From Sandaracinaceae bacterium (GTDB lineage: Bacteria > Myxococcota_A > Polyangia > Polyangiales > Sandaracinaceae), in assembly GCA_044220955.1 (NCBI GenBank), contig JBGAQA010000015.1, positions 23,171 to 87,170 on the forward strand: DNA of 64,000 nt, written 5' to 3'. Shown piece by piece: positions 62,095 through 64,000 of this stretch (the first letter of the stretch is position 1; each line of letters begins with the position of its first letter). Below the pieces are notes generated by a model. It saw nothing but the letters and a program-made list of their open reading frames with translations. It ran no database searches and had not been told where the DNA came from. The translations under genes were made by a program, and so were the position numbers.

Positions 62095-63375
62095 GTGACC
62101 GCCGCGTCCTCTCCCTCCGCCTCCGGGCCCTTCGACGGCCTCGTCGAGTTCTTCACGCTCGCGCGCGCCGGTGCCCAGCTCGGCCGGCTCGGCGAGCCGG
62201 GGCGCAAGCAGGTCGCGGGCGTGATCGCCCTCGGGCGGCAGCGCGCCGAGGCGGCGGAGACGCTCTGGTCCAACGGGCACACGGCCGAGGCGCTTCGCCT
62301 CGCCTTCGCGGGGCTCGAGGCGACCCTGGAGGCGGCCACCACGTTCGCCGACGCCCTCAAGCTCGACGACGCCCCCGCGGCCAGGCCCGCGCCCAAGGCG
62401 GCTCCCGAGCCGAAGGCCGAGGAGCCCAAGCCGGCAGCGGAGGAGGCGAAGGGCGGCGAGTCGTCGGACGCAGCGCCGAAGCCCGACGCCGAGCCGGCCG
62501 CCGCCGCTCCGGCCGCCGACGCGCCGGCCGCGGACGCGACAGCCGCCGAGCCCAAGACCACGTCGGACGCGACCCCGGACGCCGCGCCGACGCCGGCTCG
62601 CTCGGCATCCGACGCGGTCTCGATCGCTGCGGAGCTGAACCGCGAGTCGGTCCCGAGCGTGCCCGCCCCCGCCGCGCCCGAGCGCTGGCGCGCCGCGCTC
62701 GGCGCGCGTGGAGTGAGCGCGGCCAAGATCGATCGCGTGGGCGCGACGCTCGTCGCCATGCGCGACGCCAAGCTCCCCGACCTCGACGCCGACGTGAGCC
62801 CCGCGCTCGCCGATCTCTTCCAGCGCGTCATGGACGCGCGCTACTCGGTCGACTCGGCGATCGGCTCGGGCGCTTGGACGGCGGGCGAGATGCGCTGGGC
62901 GCGCGTGCGCCGCTGGCTCGGCGCCTCGCTCGCGCTGGCCGCCATCGTGGGCGGCAGCTACTTCACCCTCCACGAGCCCGAGGGGACGTTCGCCTCGGCG
63001 TCCGACGTCTGGCAGCAGAGCGCGACGTTCTCGGCCGACATGGCCATCGACGGCCGCAACGACACGTGGTGGCTCCTGCCCGATCGCGCGAGCGGCTGGG
63101 TCGAGCAGCGCATGTCGCCCGGACGGCACGTCGACGAGGTCGTCCTGCTCAACGCCTCGAACCCGCCCGCGCACGACCGCGGCACGCAGGACTACCGCCT
63201 CGAGATCTACTCGGGGGGCTCGATCGTGCAGAGCATCGACGGCCACTTCGACTGGGCCGACGACCCGCAGCCGGTGACGCACGCGATCCACCTCGACGGC
63301 GTCGAGCGCGTCCGCTTCGTGGTCCGGACGTACCACCGGACCGGCGGCGGCCTCGCCGAGATGACGATCCGCTGA
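62095..63375 (+). CDS. Membrane protein with Ala/Pro-rich spacer and C-terminal discoidin (F5/8 type C)-like domain
   Basis: One TM near aa 280; ASAS...AIDG..DTWW...RVRF...GGLAE; TTGCGG-17-TACTCT promoter upstream. Confidence 0.75.
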   Translation: MTAASSPSASGPFDGLVEFFTLARAGAQLGRLGEPGRKQVAGVIALGRQRAEAAETLWSNGHTAEALRLAFAGLEATLEAATTFADALKLDDAPAARPAPKAAPEPKAEEPKPAAEEAKGGESSDAAPKPDAEPAAAAPAADAPAADATAAEPKTTSDATPDAAPTPARSASDAVSIAAELNRESVPSVPAPAAPERWRAALGARGVSAAKIDRVGATLVAMRDAKLPDLDADVSPALADLFQRVMDARYSVDSAIGSGAWTAGEMRWARVRRWLGASLALAAIVGGSYFTLHEPEGTFASASDVWQQSATFSADMAIDGRNDTWWLLPDRASGWVEQRMSPGRHVDEVVLLNASNPPAHDRGTQDYRLEIYSGGSIVQSIDGHFDWADDPQPVTHAIHLDGVERVRFVVRTYHRTGGGLAEMTIR

Positions 63376-63426
63376 TTCCGGGCAAACCCGCGGGACTCTG
63401 GCCTGACCGATAGGCTGGAGAGACCC

Positions 63427-63455
63427 TTGCTTCGCGAAAATCAGCCCACTATGTT
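63427..63455 (+). promoter_or_regulatory. Promoter of lon
   Basis: TTGCTT-17 bp-TATGTT; CCCTTG...CCCACTAT also resembles a sigma32-type promoter. Confidence 0.5.
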
Positions 63456-63500
63456 CCCCGAGGATTCGCGCATCTCGCGCGGGTCTGGACAGGACTCGCC

Positions 63501-64000
63501 ATGGCCGACGACGACGACAAGACGACCCCGCCCGAAGTCACCGATCAGGATCTGCACTTCGGCGACGAGCTGCCCGTCCTTCCGATCCGCAACGCCGTGC
63601 TCTTCCCGGGCGCCGTCGCGCCCTTCGACGTCGGCCGCGAGAAGTCGGTCGCCCTCGTCGAGGACATCGACTCGCTACAGCAGCCGGTCATCGCCATCTT
63701 CGCGCAGCGCGATCCCTCGACGGACGACCCCGGCCAGCCCGACCTCTACCCCGTCGGCGTCGCGGCGCGCGTGCTCAAGGCGCTCAAGCACTCGAGCGGC
63801 AACTACTCGCTGATCCTGCAGGGCCTGGTCCGCATCCGGATGGAGGGCGTGCTCGGCAACGACCCCTACCTCAAGGCGCGCATCTCGCGCCTCGACCAGC
63901 CCAAGAGCGAGGACGTCGAGACCGAGGCGCTGAGCATGTCGCTGCGCGACATCGCCAAGCAGGTCATCCAGCTCATGCCCGAGCTGCCGCGCGAGGCACC
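63501..64000 (+). CDS. lon: Lon protease, N-terminal part (runs off the right edge)
   Basis: Not in the ORF track: LPVLPIRNAVLFPG...VGREKS...QGLVR (LON N-domain); AGGA RBS. Confidence 0.92.
   Translation, partial: MADDDDKTTPPEVTDQDLHFGDELPVLPIRNAVLFPGAVAPFDVGREKSVALVEDIDSLQQPVIAIFAQRDPSTDDPGQPDLYPVGVAARVLKALKHSSGNYSLILQGLVRIRMEGVLGNDPYLKARISRLDQPKSEDVETEALSMSLRDIAKQVIQLMPELPREA

Overview
High-GC chromosomal window, most likely from a myxobacterium (Polyangiales/Sandaracinaceae-like; inferred from a MYXO-CTERM protein, PEGA/FHA proteins and many Cys-rich lipoproteins). About 55 CDS are supported; no rRNA, tRNA, CRISPR array or mobile element was found. Housekeeping content: gyrA, ddl, rmlBAC/rmlD, yceD-rpmF-fabG-acpP-fabF-rpiB, HMG-CoA lyase, M18 aminopeptidase and the start of lon. 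The best candidate for an undescribed system is at 8.5-18 kb. It is a translationally coupled operon of dabA (DUF2309, carbonic-anhydrase-like), dabB (NuoL-like) and a third, degenerate NuoM-like membrane subunit. It has a sigma54 -24/-12 promoter, a divergent sensor-less sigma54 activator, shared dyad sites and a downstream HK/NtrC pair. Other oddities: an in-frame Ogt-lipoprotein fusion, an Hsp70 with a ~230 aa Pro-rich linker insertion, a P460-fold cytochrome with Arg at the cross-link position, a CxxC-less thioredoxin-fold lipoprotein, a Z-DNA-prone tract upstream of gyrA, a phased GATC cluster and many apparently leaderless genes. All family assignments come from motif recognition by eye, not database searches.
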